Under the pieces are notes generated by a model. It was not told the origin of the DNA, did no database searches, and saw only the letters and a list, made by a program, of their open reading frames with translations. 64,000 nt of DNA from Vicugna vicugna (taxonomy: Eukaryota): positions 372,001 through 436,000 of the forward strand of contig MU057984.1 of assembly GCA_013265495.1 (NCBI GenBank), read 5' to 3'. The position numbers were made by a program, and so were the translations under genes. Shown in pieces: positions 14,000 to 26,303 of the stretch (positions within the stretch are counted from its first letter, which is position 1; each line of letters opens with the position of its first letter).

Positions 14000-14412
14000 G
14001 GTAGAGACTATAATTTTCACCAACACCTATTCAATAATCCTTTCTTTTAGGTACCAGAACATGCTTGTACCTACCAGTTGCAGAGGCTACATGTCTCAAC
14101 CACCACTGAAGCTAGGTATGGTCAAGTGACTGAATTCTGTCTCATGGACTGTGAAATGGAAATGATGCATTTTTCAGAAGACATCCTCAAAAGATACTTA
14201 CTTGTTCTCTACTCTTTTATCTGCTCCTTTTCTTCTGAGAAACTGACCCAGAGATGAAAGCCCAGTACTGAGGCTGGAGGAGACACCCACTATTTCTAAA
14301 CCACTTTCTTTTCTACAATTCCATGAGAAAATAAAAGAATAATTCTATCTTATTTAGGACACTGTGTTTTTTAATTTTTTACAGTAGCATTACCTATACC
14401 TTAACTAACACA
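14000..14412 (+). mobile_element. Old MaLR LTR (MLT1-like)
   Basis: Motifs gctaggtatggtcaagtgactgaattctg and the end ...taccttaactaacaca. Confidence 0.55.
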
Positions 14413-14467
14413 CTATTCATGTAAACCAATCAAAAACTCCAGCAATGAACAGGAGTGGAAAAGTTAC

Positions 14468-14596
14468 CTTGTATATCTGAAGGAGTACATCTGTCCATGA
14501 CCGTTTACTCCAGGCTTCAAACTTAGTCATATCTATAATAATAGTATTCTTTTCCTTAGGTATACTGGAAAACTTGGGCGAGGTATTAGTGGAAGA
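14468..14596 (-). CDS. CFAP47: CFAP47 internal coding exon G (129 nt, phase 0 to 0)
   Basis: tttcttaaag|TCTT ... ACAAG|gtaac. Encodes SSTNTSPKFSSIPKEKNTIIIDMTKFEAWSKRSWTDVLLQIYK. The acceptor is AAG, so the 5' boundary is slightly less certain. Confidence 0.88.
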
Positions 14597-15338
14597 CTTT
14601 AAGAAATAAAATAATACAACATTAATTAAAATGCAAAGCAAATGTAAGTCCAAAGTTTCAATTAGCATATGATTTTTTTTCCTTCTTATAAAATCTTAAC
14701 ATTTCCTTTTTATCCATTCATCAAGATCTCTAATTCTCCACATGCCAATACCAAATTATCAACACAGGTAACTTTCTGGAACACACAGCCCCTATTTGAG
14801 GTCTAGATTTATTCATTCAATGCACCTACTAGCTCACTCTGACAGAACAAGATGGAAAATTATTCTAAATTCTGAACCCCCAAAAGAGCCACACCCTTCG
14901 GATTAAGCTCCAGGAACTCAGCAGAGTGCCAAAGAATAGATCCCTGGCTCTCCTGCTAATGTCACGGGGTGACTGTAGCAATAGCACCACAACTAAAGGA
15001 GAGTTGCCTCAAAGTCTGCAGCCTTCTCAAGATAATCCCCCTTCTCAATAGCTTTCCATAAAATGAACTGTATACTACTAAAAAGCATATGAATATCTTG
15101 TTTAATTTCTCCCTATTCTCCTCTGAAACTGACAAAAGGAAGTGGCAAATGTGGGGATATTAAATCGTTATTTTCTTTGGAAGATACACATTCTAAAAAT
15201 CTATTTTAACAAAAAAAATGTATATATGCACACGCCATTCTTCATTTCTGTATCTCTTAAAAGAAGCAATTATCTATGTATTTAATAAAGTCATGCAATC
15301 GTTTCTATATAGGAATGCCACAGAGATTTTTAGCCAAA

Positions 15339-15363
15339 TACACACACACACACACGCGCGCGC
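15339..15363. repeat. (CA)n(CG)n alternating purine-pyrimidine tract
   Basis: tacacacacacacacacgcgcgcgc. Confidence 0.9.
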
Positions 15364-15502
15364 TGTCTAGAGGTATAATCCTTAGGATATTTCATAAACT
15401 AAAAAATCAAGGATTCTAAAATAAAATCTTCCAACAAAGGTTGCAAACCAGTAAATTCAGTAATAACTGTGCAGACTGTTCCTAGAAATTATATTCTCTT
15501 AC

Positions 15503-15584
15503 TGTAATTTCAATCCACTTCTTATAATCTTCCAGTTCAAGCAGAAATTCTGGTAGTATATGAGAAACACATGCTCCTTGAGCA
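15503..15584 (-). CDS. CFAP47: CFAP47 internal coding exon F (82 nt, phase 2 to 0)
   Basis: tttgattttag|TGCT ... TTACA|gtaag. Encodes (N)AQGACVSHILPEFLLELEDYKKWIEIT. Not in the ORF track, but it bridges the phases of exons E and G exactly. Confidence 0.92.
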
Positions 15585-17112
15585 CTAAAATCAAAAAAGA
15601 AAAATCCAAATTTTTATAGCAAAATACTCATAATCCATAGATCACTTGCATTTGAACTTTAATGAAAATATTTAAATGTCATATAGTTTATGAATTGAAT
15701 TTGCATTTTCAAATTTAAATTTATATAATTAATTTAAAAACTTCCCTTAATAATTAAATGTATACATTATATTTCCTTTGGAGAATAATGAGAAAGAACT
15801 TACTAACTACCTATGATGATGCATATCTACCCTGAATGGGACATAGAGTTACATGACTTGGCCCCTATTGTCAAGACACTAACCATTTTATTGCTGTTAC
15901 AACATTATAAAATTGAAAAATACCTGGAAGAAGTTTGAATATAATAAAACATCAAATAGATAGCTCATTAGTCACCCAATGTTCATTGAATGCCTATCAC
16001 CACATATACCTGAATATAGAAAACCCCAATGTAACATAATCTATCACCTAATTTTCCAGAGAATACTCAAAAATTCTGGCCTCTTTGATTATATAAACTT
16101 GTAGTATCTGAAGCAGCAAATATCTGTTTATGTTATTTTATACATTTAAAAGCATATATGTAATTTATCATTTTAGATTTTATTTTTTGCAGTGTCCTAT
16201 TTCTTAAAATATTTTTGTCCAAAGTCTTCTCATGCATATGTCCATCACTCCCAGAACCACTTTATGGACATCTAATATAATTTTCGCTGGAGTGTTTCTT
16301 AGTAGGGATTTGGGTGTTTCAGTTTAACTCATTTAGTGAGCAAAGAACGCCACTCGCCATAAGCATGTAACATAGAATGCCACATCTAGAATTCAACTCT
16401 GTAAACATCCTCAGCAGTGTGCAGTCCTGTAACTATTGAGAAGTGGGAGTGGGGGCAGGAGCAGAAAGATGATTCTGAAAGCTTAAACCTCGAAGATAAC
16501 AAAGATGAATGAAAAGAGGACGGGCACCCTTGTGGGAATGTAAGCAGAGGCTATGATTCTGGGGTTGTTAAGCTCACTGTGGCTCTGGGCCAGTCAAAGC
16601 TAGTGGAATAGATCCTACTACACACATAAAGTTCCTTTGTTTGCAAGTCAAACATTATTCTTTCTCTTTGATTTTGACCCATTTCCTATCTGCATCAACA
16701 TTATTCCTCTGAATCTTCATTATCCTGGAATTACTATAGGTTTAAATAAAATCTAATTTTAATGAAACACCATTCCTTAGCAGGAATAACCAGACTAAAG
16801 TCTATGTAAGAATTCAATGAGATGATGCCCCATTAACTTGAAATCCTAGAGGTAAAACAAAGACAGACATCTAAGGGACAAAGGAAGAAATTGGCATACT
16901 TCCTTGCATACAAAGCCAAGAACAGGATCTTAGGAGGAAAGTCACTTCTATCAAATGCAAGTGAGAGCCTAAGAAAAACTATCAGAAGACCATTTAACTG
17001 AGAGTTTCTTGAGGAGGGATCCCACATGGTATTCATTTGAGTTTTCCACAGTGTTCGGCAGAGAGCAGGCTCTCAGTAGCATACTGAAGATGAAGAACGC
17101 ATTTTTGCGTTA

Positions 17113-17977
17113 TGAAAGACAACAGGCCCAAAATGGAGCTGATTATGCTAAGACCCATGCTGCCAAATCGAGACTTAATTACAGTTTTGGCTCTCCCAGA
17201 AATGGAATCTTAAACCGGTTAATCAGGAGTCTCCAGATCATCATTACTTAGGTAATTTGCCTGATAGGCCCCTGCCATCCCCTGAAAGAAAGTAACCTTA
17301 GTATAACCAATCCCCCTCTTTTGCTGTAGGGGCAGAAAATGTTTCCTTTCTTCTCTTCTAGGTTCCTTGGCTGGTCTAATCATCATAGTGACATAACAGA
17401 GAGTAACAGGAGAAAAATTAATTTAATTATGTACCTACAGGAGCCCTACAAAGACATAAAGACTCAAAGGCAGTCAGGTAGTTGAGGCTTATATGCCATC
17501 CTGAGCTAAGAAGAAGGGTGTAGAAGTCTGGAACTTCAAAAGGTAAGGAGACAATTCACAGGATAAGAAGAGTAAATGTTTGGTAAATGAACATTTGCCA
17601 TGCCATGCAGATAAATCTTTCTGATGTAAAGTTCTCTCTGGTAATAGCTCTATTCCTGGTACACACTTCTCGTCTAAATTCTTTTAGGCAGTTATGGGAG
17701 AGGTAAAAGCTTTTCCTGAGTCTGCTGGATCTCAGCTGACTTCAGCTCAAAACAATCCCCATGCCAAAGCAGCACATTTTGGAGTGGCATATTCTGCTCC
17801 CCCTCACTGCCTCAGTTCAATTTCCTATTCCTGCCCTCTTCTGCCCATGAAAATCTCTTGCCTTGTATAGCACTTCAGAGTGCCTTTCTATCTGCTAGAC
17901 TGAACTCTGCCCGATTCATGAATTGCCGGATAAAGCCAATGCGATCAAAATTTACTCAGGGGAATTTTACTCTTTAG
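17113..17977 (+). mobile_element. ERV1-type solo LTR interrupted by a second LTR
   Basis: Start tgaaagacaacaggcccaaaatggag, CCAAT motif, and gattcatgaattg..ataaagccaat near the 3' end. Split at 17325-17806. Confidence 0.6.
17325..17806 (-). mobile_element. MER34-like solo LTR nested in another LTR
   Basis: tgtagggg...ggcatattctgctccccctca is reverse-homologous to 5553-6006. TSD ttgc/ctgc. Confidence 0.75.
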
Positions 17978-18004
17978 AAGTACTTTACAGATGTTGCTAT
18001 GAAG

Positions 18005-18506
18005 TGATGGGTAGCAGAATATACCACCCTTAAATATGCCTCTTGGGGTTACCAATTATTTTGAGAAAAGGTAGACACAAGAAAAGCTCTGAAAACAGAA
18101 GTAGCCCTTTTGTAAGGGAAATCTACATTTCTAAAGGAAACTTCCATGAGAAAAGGGGCCTGTACCACGTAGAGAACTATTATCAGAGAGAACTTTTTCA
18201 CCTAAGAGACTTATCTGCATGGTAGGGCAACCTTTCTTTACCAAACATTGCCTCCTCTTACCTTCCAGTAAATTCCACCTCCTAGCCCTTTGAAGCCCTT
18301 GACATCTATCCACCTTAGGTCAGGATGGCATATAAACCTCAATCTTATGGCTACATTTTGAGTCTCATAACTTTGTGGGACAATGGTACTTACATATGGA
18401 ATTAAAACTGGATTGTTTTTTCCTGTTAATCTTTTATTATAAGTGGGTTGGGTTTCAGCCAAGAACCTAGAAGGGTAAAGGGATAATTATTTTTCCTCCC
18501 TTTACA
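18005..18506 (+). mobile_element. MER34-like solo LTR
   Basis: tgatgggtagcagaatataccaccc...ttttcctccctttaca, homologous to 5553-6006 (caggatggcatataaacctcaat). Confidence 0.75.
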
Positions 18507-19464
18507 TGAGACTTGCTTCATTCTTTTCATGTTGTCTATACCTCAAGGCCTAACTTTATCAATCTATAAGACACTATTTTCAGTTATGTTTTATCAATAG
18601 ATTTTATGTCTGGTCAGTAAATTTTACAGAGTTGATTCTGGTAATTGATTTGATTACATTTTACATGCTAGGTGTTCTATTTGAATCTTCTCCCAAGTTT
18701 ACACTGAGCAGAAGAAAACACAATTAAATGAGTTATTAAATTCTAAACTTAATCTGCAAAATTATAGTTTCTCATTTATTCCATAAAACAGATATAATTT
18801 TACTTATGCAAAGTCCTCACTCACTGACATCAAATGTAAATGGGGAAGCTAATAACATTTATGGTTATATTGAACTTTAGTACATTTATTTCCATGATAA
18901 AACATATGCACATGTCCTGGATTAATGACCCAATTTATTAACCATACTGTCACTTTCTAAATGTTGAGGAATTTTATCACAGCCAACATATCCTGATAGG
19001 CATGTATTTGCTGATAAAAGAACAATAAATTTGAATAGCTTGGCTTTAATACCAAAATCATTCTTCCATACCTGCATCCTCATACCCTAAAATGTCAAAA
19101 CAGAAACCACCACATTAATGCTAACAGTACTGGGAGCTGTGCCAACAATAATGTTACAAGAATAACACAATGCTCATAAGTACCACAGAGTTTAATGATG
19201 CTATCAGAAAAGTGTTTGATTTTTATAATGCACAAATGGTAAGAATTTATTTATGTATCCAAACCTCCTTCTTTTGTTCACAGTTAATATTCCATTAGAT
19301 TTCAAGAGGATAACTAACTTTCTAAAGTTAAGAATGGCATTATAATTTTTACCTTATAGAATTACAGCATTTAATTTATTGAATCAATCATCAAGGACCA
19401 AGTATAGGATGTGGTAAAATTAAGTCACATGCTTTCAATTTAAACTCATAAAAATTTAAAGTTC

Positions 19465-21731
19465 TCTAATAAATGCTATACATGACAAGCCTACAGCCAG
19501 CATAGTACTCAACGGTGAAAAACTCAAATGGTTTGCACTAAAATCTGGGACAAGACAAGGATGCCCACTATCACCACTCCTATTCAACACAGTCTTGGAA
19601 GTCCTAGCCACAGCAATCAGGCAAGAGAGAGAAATAAAAGGGATCCAAATTGGAAAAGAAGAGGTAAAAGTGTCACTATATGCTGACGACATGTTACTAT
19701 ATATAGAAAACCCTAAAAGGTCCACACAAAAGCTACTAGAGCTGATCAAAGAATTCAGCAAGGTAGCAGGTTACAAGATTAACGTACAAAAATCAGTGTG
19801 TTTCTTTACACTGATGATGAATCAACAGAAAAAGAAAGTAAAGAAACAATCCCCTTTAAAACAGCACCCAAAGTAATAAAACACCTAGGAATAAATCTAA
19901 CCAAGGAGGTGAAAGAATTATAGACAGAAAACTATAAACCACTGATGAAGGAAATTAAAGAAGACTTTAAAAAGTGGAAAGGTATCCCATGCTCTTGGAT
20001 TGGAAGAATCAATATTGTTAAAATGGTCACACTGCCCAAGGCAATCTACAGTTTTAATGCAATCCCTATCAAATTACCCAGGACATATTTCACAGAACTA
20101 GAACAAATCATAATAAAATTTACATGGAACCATCAAAGACCTAGAATTGACAAAGCATTACTGAAGAGAAAGAAAGAGGCTGGAGGAATCACTCTCCCAG
20201 ACTTCAGACAATACTATAGAGCTACAGTCATCAAGACAGCATGGTATTGGTACCAAAACAGACATATAGACCAATGGAACAGAATAGAGAGCCCAGAAAT
20301 GAACCCACAAACTTTTGGTCAACGCATCTTCAACAAAGGAGGAAAGAATATACAATGGAATAAAGACTGTCTCTTCAGCAAATGCTGTTGGGAAAACTGA
20401 CAGCAGCATGTAAAGCAATGAAGCTAGAACACTCCCTTACACCATACACAAAAATAAACTCAAAATGGATCAAAGATTTAAACATAAGACAAGATACAAT
20501 AAACCTCCTAGAGGAAAATATAGGCAAAACATTATCTCACATACATCTCAAAAATGTTCTTCTAGAACAGTCTACTCAAGCAATAGAAACAAAAGCAAGA
20601 ATAAACAAATGGGATCTAATGAAACTTATAAGCTTCTGCACAGCAAAGGAAACCGTAAGTAAAACAGTTTTAAAAGACAACCTATGGAATGGGAAAAAAT
20701 TTTTGCAAATGAAACCAACAAAGGCTTGATCTCCAGAATATATAAGCAGCTCATATGACTTAGTAAGAAAAAAATAAACAACCCAACCCAAAAATGGACA
20801 GAAGACCTAAAGAAGCAATTTTCCAAGGAAGACATACAAATGGTCAATAGGCACATGAAAAAATGCTCAATATCACTAATTATCAGAGAAATGCAAATCA
20901 AAACTGCAATGAGGTATCACCTCACACCAGTCAGAATGGCCATCATTCAGAAATCCACAAATGACAAATGCTGGAGAGGCTGTGGAGGAAAGGGAACCCC
21001 CTTCACTGCTGGTGGAAATGCAGGTTGGTGCGGCCACTGTGGAAAACAGTATGGAGATTCCTCAAAAGACTAGGAATAGACTTACCCTATGACCCAGGAA
21101 TCCCACTCCTGGGCATATATCCAGAAGGAGCCCTACTTCAGGATGACACCTGCACCCCAATGTTCATAGCAGCACTATTTACAATAGCCAAGACATGGAA
21201 ACAGCCTAAATGTCCATCAACAGATGACTGGATAAAGAAGAGGTGGTATATTTATACAATGGAATACTACTCAGCCATAAAAACCAACAACATAATGCCA
21301 TTTGCAGCAACATGGATGCTCCTGGAGAATGTCATTCTAAGCGAAGCAAGCCAGAAAGAGAAAGAAAAATACCATATGAGATCACTCATATGTGGAATCT
21401 AAAAAAGAAAACAAAACAAAAACAAACAAACAAAGCGTAAATACAAAACAGAAACGGACTCATAGACATAGAATACAAACTTGTGGTTGACAAGGGGGCG
21501 GAGGGTGGGAAGGGATAGACAGGATTTCAAAATTGTAGAACAGATAAACAAGATTATACTGTATAGCACAGGGAAATATACACAAGATCTTATGGTAGCT
21601 CACAGAGAAAAAAATGTGACAATGAATATATATATGTTCATGTATAACTGAAAAATTACACTGTACACTGGAATTTGACACAACATTGTAAAATGATTCT
21701 AAATCAATAAAAAAATGTTAAAAAAACCCAG
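19465..21731 (+). mobile_element. Relatively young 5'-truncated LINE-1 (RT domain to 3' end)
   Basis: ORF2 fragments with RT motif YADD (19679-19690), [14 protein letters not shown] and MRSLICGI. Several frameshifts and stops. Near-perfect TSD aaaaa(c)tttaaagttc at 19450-19464 and 21732-21747. Confidence 0.97.
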
Positions 21732-22029
21732 AAAAACTTTAAAGTTCCCATTTTATCAAATAAAGACACACTTATGACAACAAAACATTTATTTCTAATA
21801 GAATAACAGATTTTTAAAATATTCTGTTTCCTGAAATAGTATCACAAGAGTCAGTTTTCAGTATGTCACTAATGGTTACCATATTAAAAATAATTTAAGA
21901 AAACATTCTGGCGTATAAAAGCCATAGATCATGATTTACTGCATTTAAATTAATAATATTCTACTATGTGTTATGTAATACACATTTTATTATTTCTAAC
22001 ACTTTTACCAACCAAATAAATTTAAGAAT

Positions 22030-22170
22030 TATCATTCTCAATTTTACAGATACTGAAATTGGAGCTTAAATAGTTAAGTAATTTGTGCAAAGTCACAGAA
22101 GTACAAAAGAGCTAGAATTTAAGCCTGCTTTTGTCTCATTCAAAAGTCATGCTCTTTTAAACCATTCAGT
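22030..22170 (-). mobile_element. MIR SINE fragment
   Basis: attttacagatactgaaattggagctt...gttaagtaatttgtgcaaagtcacag resembles the MIR core. Confidence 0.6.
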
Positions 22171-22622
22171 GCACTGTTTCAGAATCACTTCTTATGCTGT
22201 TGCTTTGAGATATTTCCATTCTCAGATGCAACACCATTAAATAAGATACCATAATGGTCACGCAAAAGTAAGAAGGATATAAAGCTTTTAAAGATAAAAG
22301 AAGTGAAATCACAAATAGCATTAAATTTACTTATAAAGGGAAGTGAGCTGGTTTTTCTAAGTGTATTCATTTTGATGTATGAATAATTTATTTAAAAATT
22401 AATGCAATTAGAAAGTAAGAGTTACAGTAGTTCTATTTTATGTGATAGCCTACTTTACAGTTTCAATGCAGGGTATATGATGTTTGCATTTTGCTTCTGT
22501 TCTGAGATTTACATTATTGGAATTATAAATCAAGAAAGTATGTTTTCAATGAAAAATAATTATATCATAAAAATGATTATTGCGTATAAACAAGTGAAAT
22601 TATATTGACGGAAGTTAGGCAC

Positions 22623-22902
22623 TGCATTAGTTTGCTCAGGCTGTCATAACAGAAAACCACAGGCTGGGTGGCTTACACACATTCATTTCCTCACAGTTCT
22701 TGAGGCTGGAAGTCCCAGAACGAGCAAGGTGCCAGCCAATTTGGGTTCTGTTGAGACCTCTCAGGAAGACAGCTTAGGGTCCCATCTTTATGACATCATT
22801 AACCATAATTATATCCTAAAGGTCCTACCTACAAATACAGTTGCAATGGCGGTTAGGGCTTCAACAAGTGAATTTTGGGGACACACAATTCAGTCCATAA
22901 CA
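22623..22902 (-). mobile_element. MaLR solo LTR (MLT1A/B-like), internally deleted
   Basis: tgcattagttt...cagtccataaca with perfect 5-bp TSD ggcac. Confidence 0.85.
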
Positions 22903-23017
22903 GGCACAAAAGACAGGAAACATTAAGCATATTATTTCAAATATAGCAATATAAAATTTATTGTGAACTATAACATCCAACCACATAATATTTTTAATAA
23001 GAAAAGACATATGGTAT

Positions 23018-23421
23018 TGTTATGGGCTGAACTACGTGCCTCTAAAAGTCTTATGTTAAACCCTAACTCTCAGTATTTCAGAATGTGACTGTATTTGGAA
23101 TTAAGGCCTTTAAAGAGGTGATTAAAGTAAAATGAGGCTCTTAGAATGAGCCCTAATCCAATCTGAATAGTGTCCTTATAAAACCATGGAATTTGGATTC
23201 ACCAAGACACACCAGAGGGGTGTGCACACAGGGGAAGACCACATGAGGACACAGAAAGAAGGTGGCAACCTGCAAGCCAAGCCAGAGGCCTCAGAAGAGA
23301 CCCAATCTGCAGACACCTTGATCTTGCACTTCCAGACTCCAGAACTGTGAGAATACATTTCTGTTGTTTAAGGCTTCCAGTCTGAGGTATTTCATTATGG
23401 TCGCTCTAGCAAACTAATATA
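23018..23421 (+). mobile_element. MaLR solo LTR (MLT1A/B-like)
   Basis: tgttatgggctgaac...gcaaactaatata with perfect 5-bp TSD ggtat. Confidence 0.9.
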
Positions 23422-23867
23422 GGTATTATGGAATAAATGCCTTGAGGTTATTTTTAGGACTTCATAGTTTAATATTGTAAATAATGATCAATGTATAGCA
23501 TTCATAATATATACCCCATCTTTCTCCAACTTGACCCTCTCTCACTGGTTATACCTCTCCTAGGATGCAAATCCTTTACCTCTTCTTCTTTTACCCCTAA
23601 TTTTTATATTTCACAAATGTTTGCTTACTCTTTTATAACTGCCCTGAGATCCAATTTCAAAGTTTTATTCCATTTACCACATAAGCTCAAAAAGCAAAGC
23701 TCTGTGAGAGACAATGTTAATAATTAAATATTAAATGAACATGGTCCCCATTCTGTTATCAATGACCATGAGTGTTAGACATGCTGGATGAATGATATGT
23801 GATTCCTGTCTTTGGCATGCTTACAAATTAGTGGGGTACACAGACCCATGAATAAGTTAGTGGTGTT

Positions 23868-24200
23868 TATATGTGTAATCTGTAAAAATGACACAAATGA
23901 GTCTATTTACAAAACAAAACCAGACTCACATAGAAAACAAACTTATAGTTCCAGGGAGGGGGGAAGGAAGGAGAGATAAATTGGGAATTCGGGATTTGCC
24001 GATACTAACTACTACATATAAAATAGATAAACAACAAGGTCCTACTGTATAGTACAGGGAACTATATTCAATACCTCATAATAGCCTATAATGAAATATA
24101 TATACACACACACACACATATATGCATATACATAACTGAATCACTATGATGTACACCAGAAATTAACACATTGTAAACTGACTATACTTCAATAAAAAAT
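23868..24200 (+). mobile_element. Short LINE-1 3'UTR insertion
   Basis: Closely similar to the 3'UTR at 3060-3416 and ends actatacttcaataaaaaa. Confidence 0.9.
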
Positions 24201-26081
24201 AGTAATTTACAGTTATACACAGCTGTGCTATTTTCCTTAACTGATAGAATCTTTCTCATTCTCCCATCCAAATTGGATGTAGAGGAATACAGGAAATGTA
24301 GACCTGAATATTCACATATCTAAGCCTCTTCTAACCTGAACAGTCTCTTCACAGTAACTGTTCTATGGGATAAACAGTCAAAATTTCAGACCTCCCCATT
24401 CCCCAACAAGATGGCATCTCGGAAGAGGTAGACTTGTTGTCTAGTAAATAAAGCTTCAACTTCAGGTCTTCAAACTTTCTTGAGTCTCTTCTAAAGCCAT
24501 GTATGTACTTTGTGTATCTTTAACTTGACATTATTTTATAAAGGAGAGATCTCCAGATTGTGTAAGAGCTCTGAGAAAAGGGATCAGCCCTACAGTGGGT
24601 GTTCGTGAGGTAGGGGAGAGGGACTCTAACATCTATATAAACATCTGTGACTACCTTTCTGGATCCTCAGGCTCTTTGACAATGCCCCTCTCTGCCTGGA
24701 GCCTAGTTCACATGTGGCCATTTGCTGCTGACACCTGAGATGGGGATCCTGTGTCTCTCCTCTTAGCCTCACCCAGGACCAAGAAGGTCTTTCATAACTG
24801 ACTCAGCCACTCTCCAGTCCTCATATATTTTTCATTAATATTGTGGCTTCAGAGCCAGCCACTCCTACTGTTCTGCCTGTTCAGTGGGGTCCCTCTCATT
24901 TAGTCAGCTTCCATAACATTTTGCCTGGGTCTTAACTCAGTCACCTTCAGTGACTTTGAAACTCCTAGATCTCTTTTAAGTCCAGCCAGTTTTGGCTACT
25001 GACATAATAGTGAGAACAAAAGACATGAAGAAAATACATTTTGTTCCATACCGTGTCTAATTTTTAAGACCATAGGATTGCTAGGGACTGAAAAATTCTG
25101 ATCTGGAAATTTTTAAAAAATGAACATCAAATCTTCTATTTGCATTCCTGCTGTAAGTGCCCTCTTATTACCCTCAATCCCCATCCCTGCCAAAGTAGGT
25201 GAACATCTCTGGCCAACTATGCAGTAGATTCAAAATGCAAAGAAGTAACAAATAAAAACACAGGGCTATATTTTAAAATATATTAACCATATTATACAAA
25301 CAAGGACAAGTAACAAGTGTTATTTTAGTGGTACAGGAGCATGGAAGATGGAGTGATAACACTGTCTATGGATGTGGAGACTCTAGTGGACAGGGAAACC
25401 GCAAATGTAAGCAGAAGTGTTATAAATCCACCAACACTCCCCTGAGGTTTTTAATGAAGATTGCGTTTCCATTTTTTGGCCACTTGCCATTTAATCTCTG
25501 CTGAGGAACACAGACATTAATGATGACAAGTATTCTTCCTATACTTTCTATCAACATTTATGGAAAATTTCATTGCCTATTATTTGAATATTAGAAGACT
25601 TTAACATGCAGATTAAAAGTTCAAAATATCCATAACTTGAGATTATACTAACAGTAATCTGAAGAATAAATTTATTGATTTCGTTCCCTTTTTTTCAATG
25701 GATTTCTATATTTCCCTTACATCAGGATTCTCAAAATGAGGTCATGGACCAGAAGTGCCTGGATCACTTGAAATTTGTTACAAATGCAAATTACCATCAT
25801 AAATTCTGTGAGGAAGGGCTGGTAATCTGTTGAACACACCATCCCAATGATATGGATACATTAATCATTGCTTTAGATTATAAATTCCATAGGTCATGAA
25901 GTGCTTATTTTCTATTATTTTTCTAAGGTACATATTACAGGGTTATGTATGTAGTAGGAACTTAGTAAACATTTTATAAAAAGACAAATAATACCAAAGT
26001 CTATCTACCCATCCACCTATCTACTTATCTATCTATCCATACCACAATTACATTTTAAAATTAGCACATTCAGGCCCTTAC

Positions 26082-26303
26082 TTGAGAAAGTCAAGAAGTA
26101 AAGAATGTTGCAAATGAAGTTGAATCACTCTTTCAGGATAATTCACAGGTAAAGACTGACTTGAACTAATTCCAGGTGGCATTTTTCCACTTAAGTGGAG
26201 CATCACATCATAAATGGTCTTATTATATCTGGAAAAGTCATTCTGTCTGGAAAATTTTTGGGGTGATTTGGCTGATGACTTGAATTGTATTTTATACACA
26301 TCC
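26082..26303 (-). CDS. CFAP47: CFAP47 internal coding exon E (222 nt, phase 2 to 2)
   Basis: ttctcccacag|GGAT ... CTCAA|gtaag. Encodes DVYKIQFKSSAKSPQKFSRQNDFSRYNKTIYDVMLHLSGKMPPGISSSQSLPVNYPERVIQLHLQHSLLLDFL(N). Confidence 0.93.
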
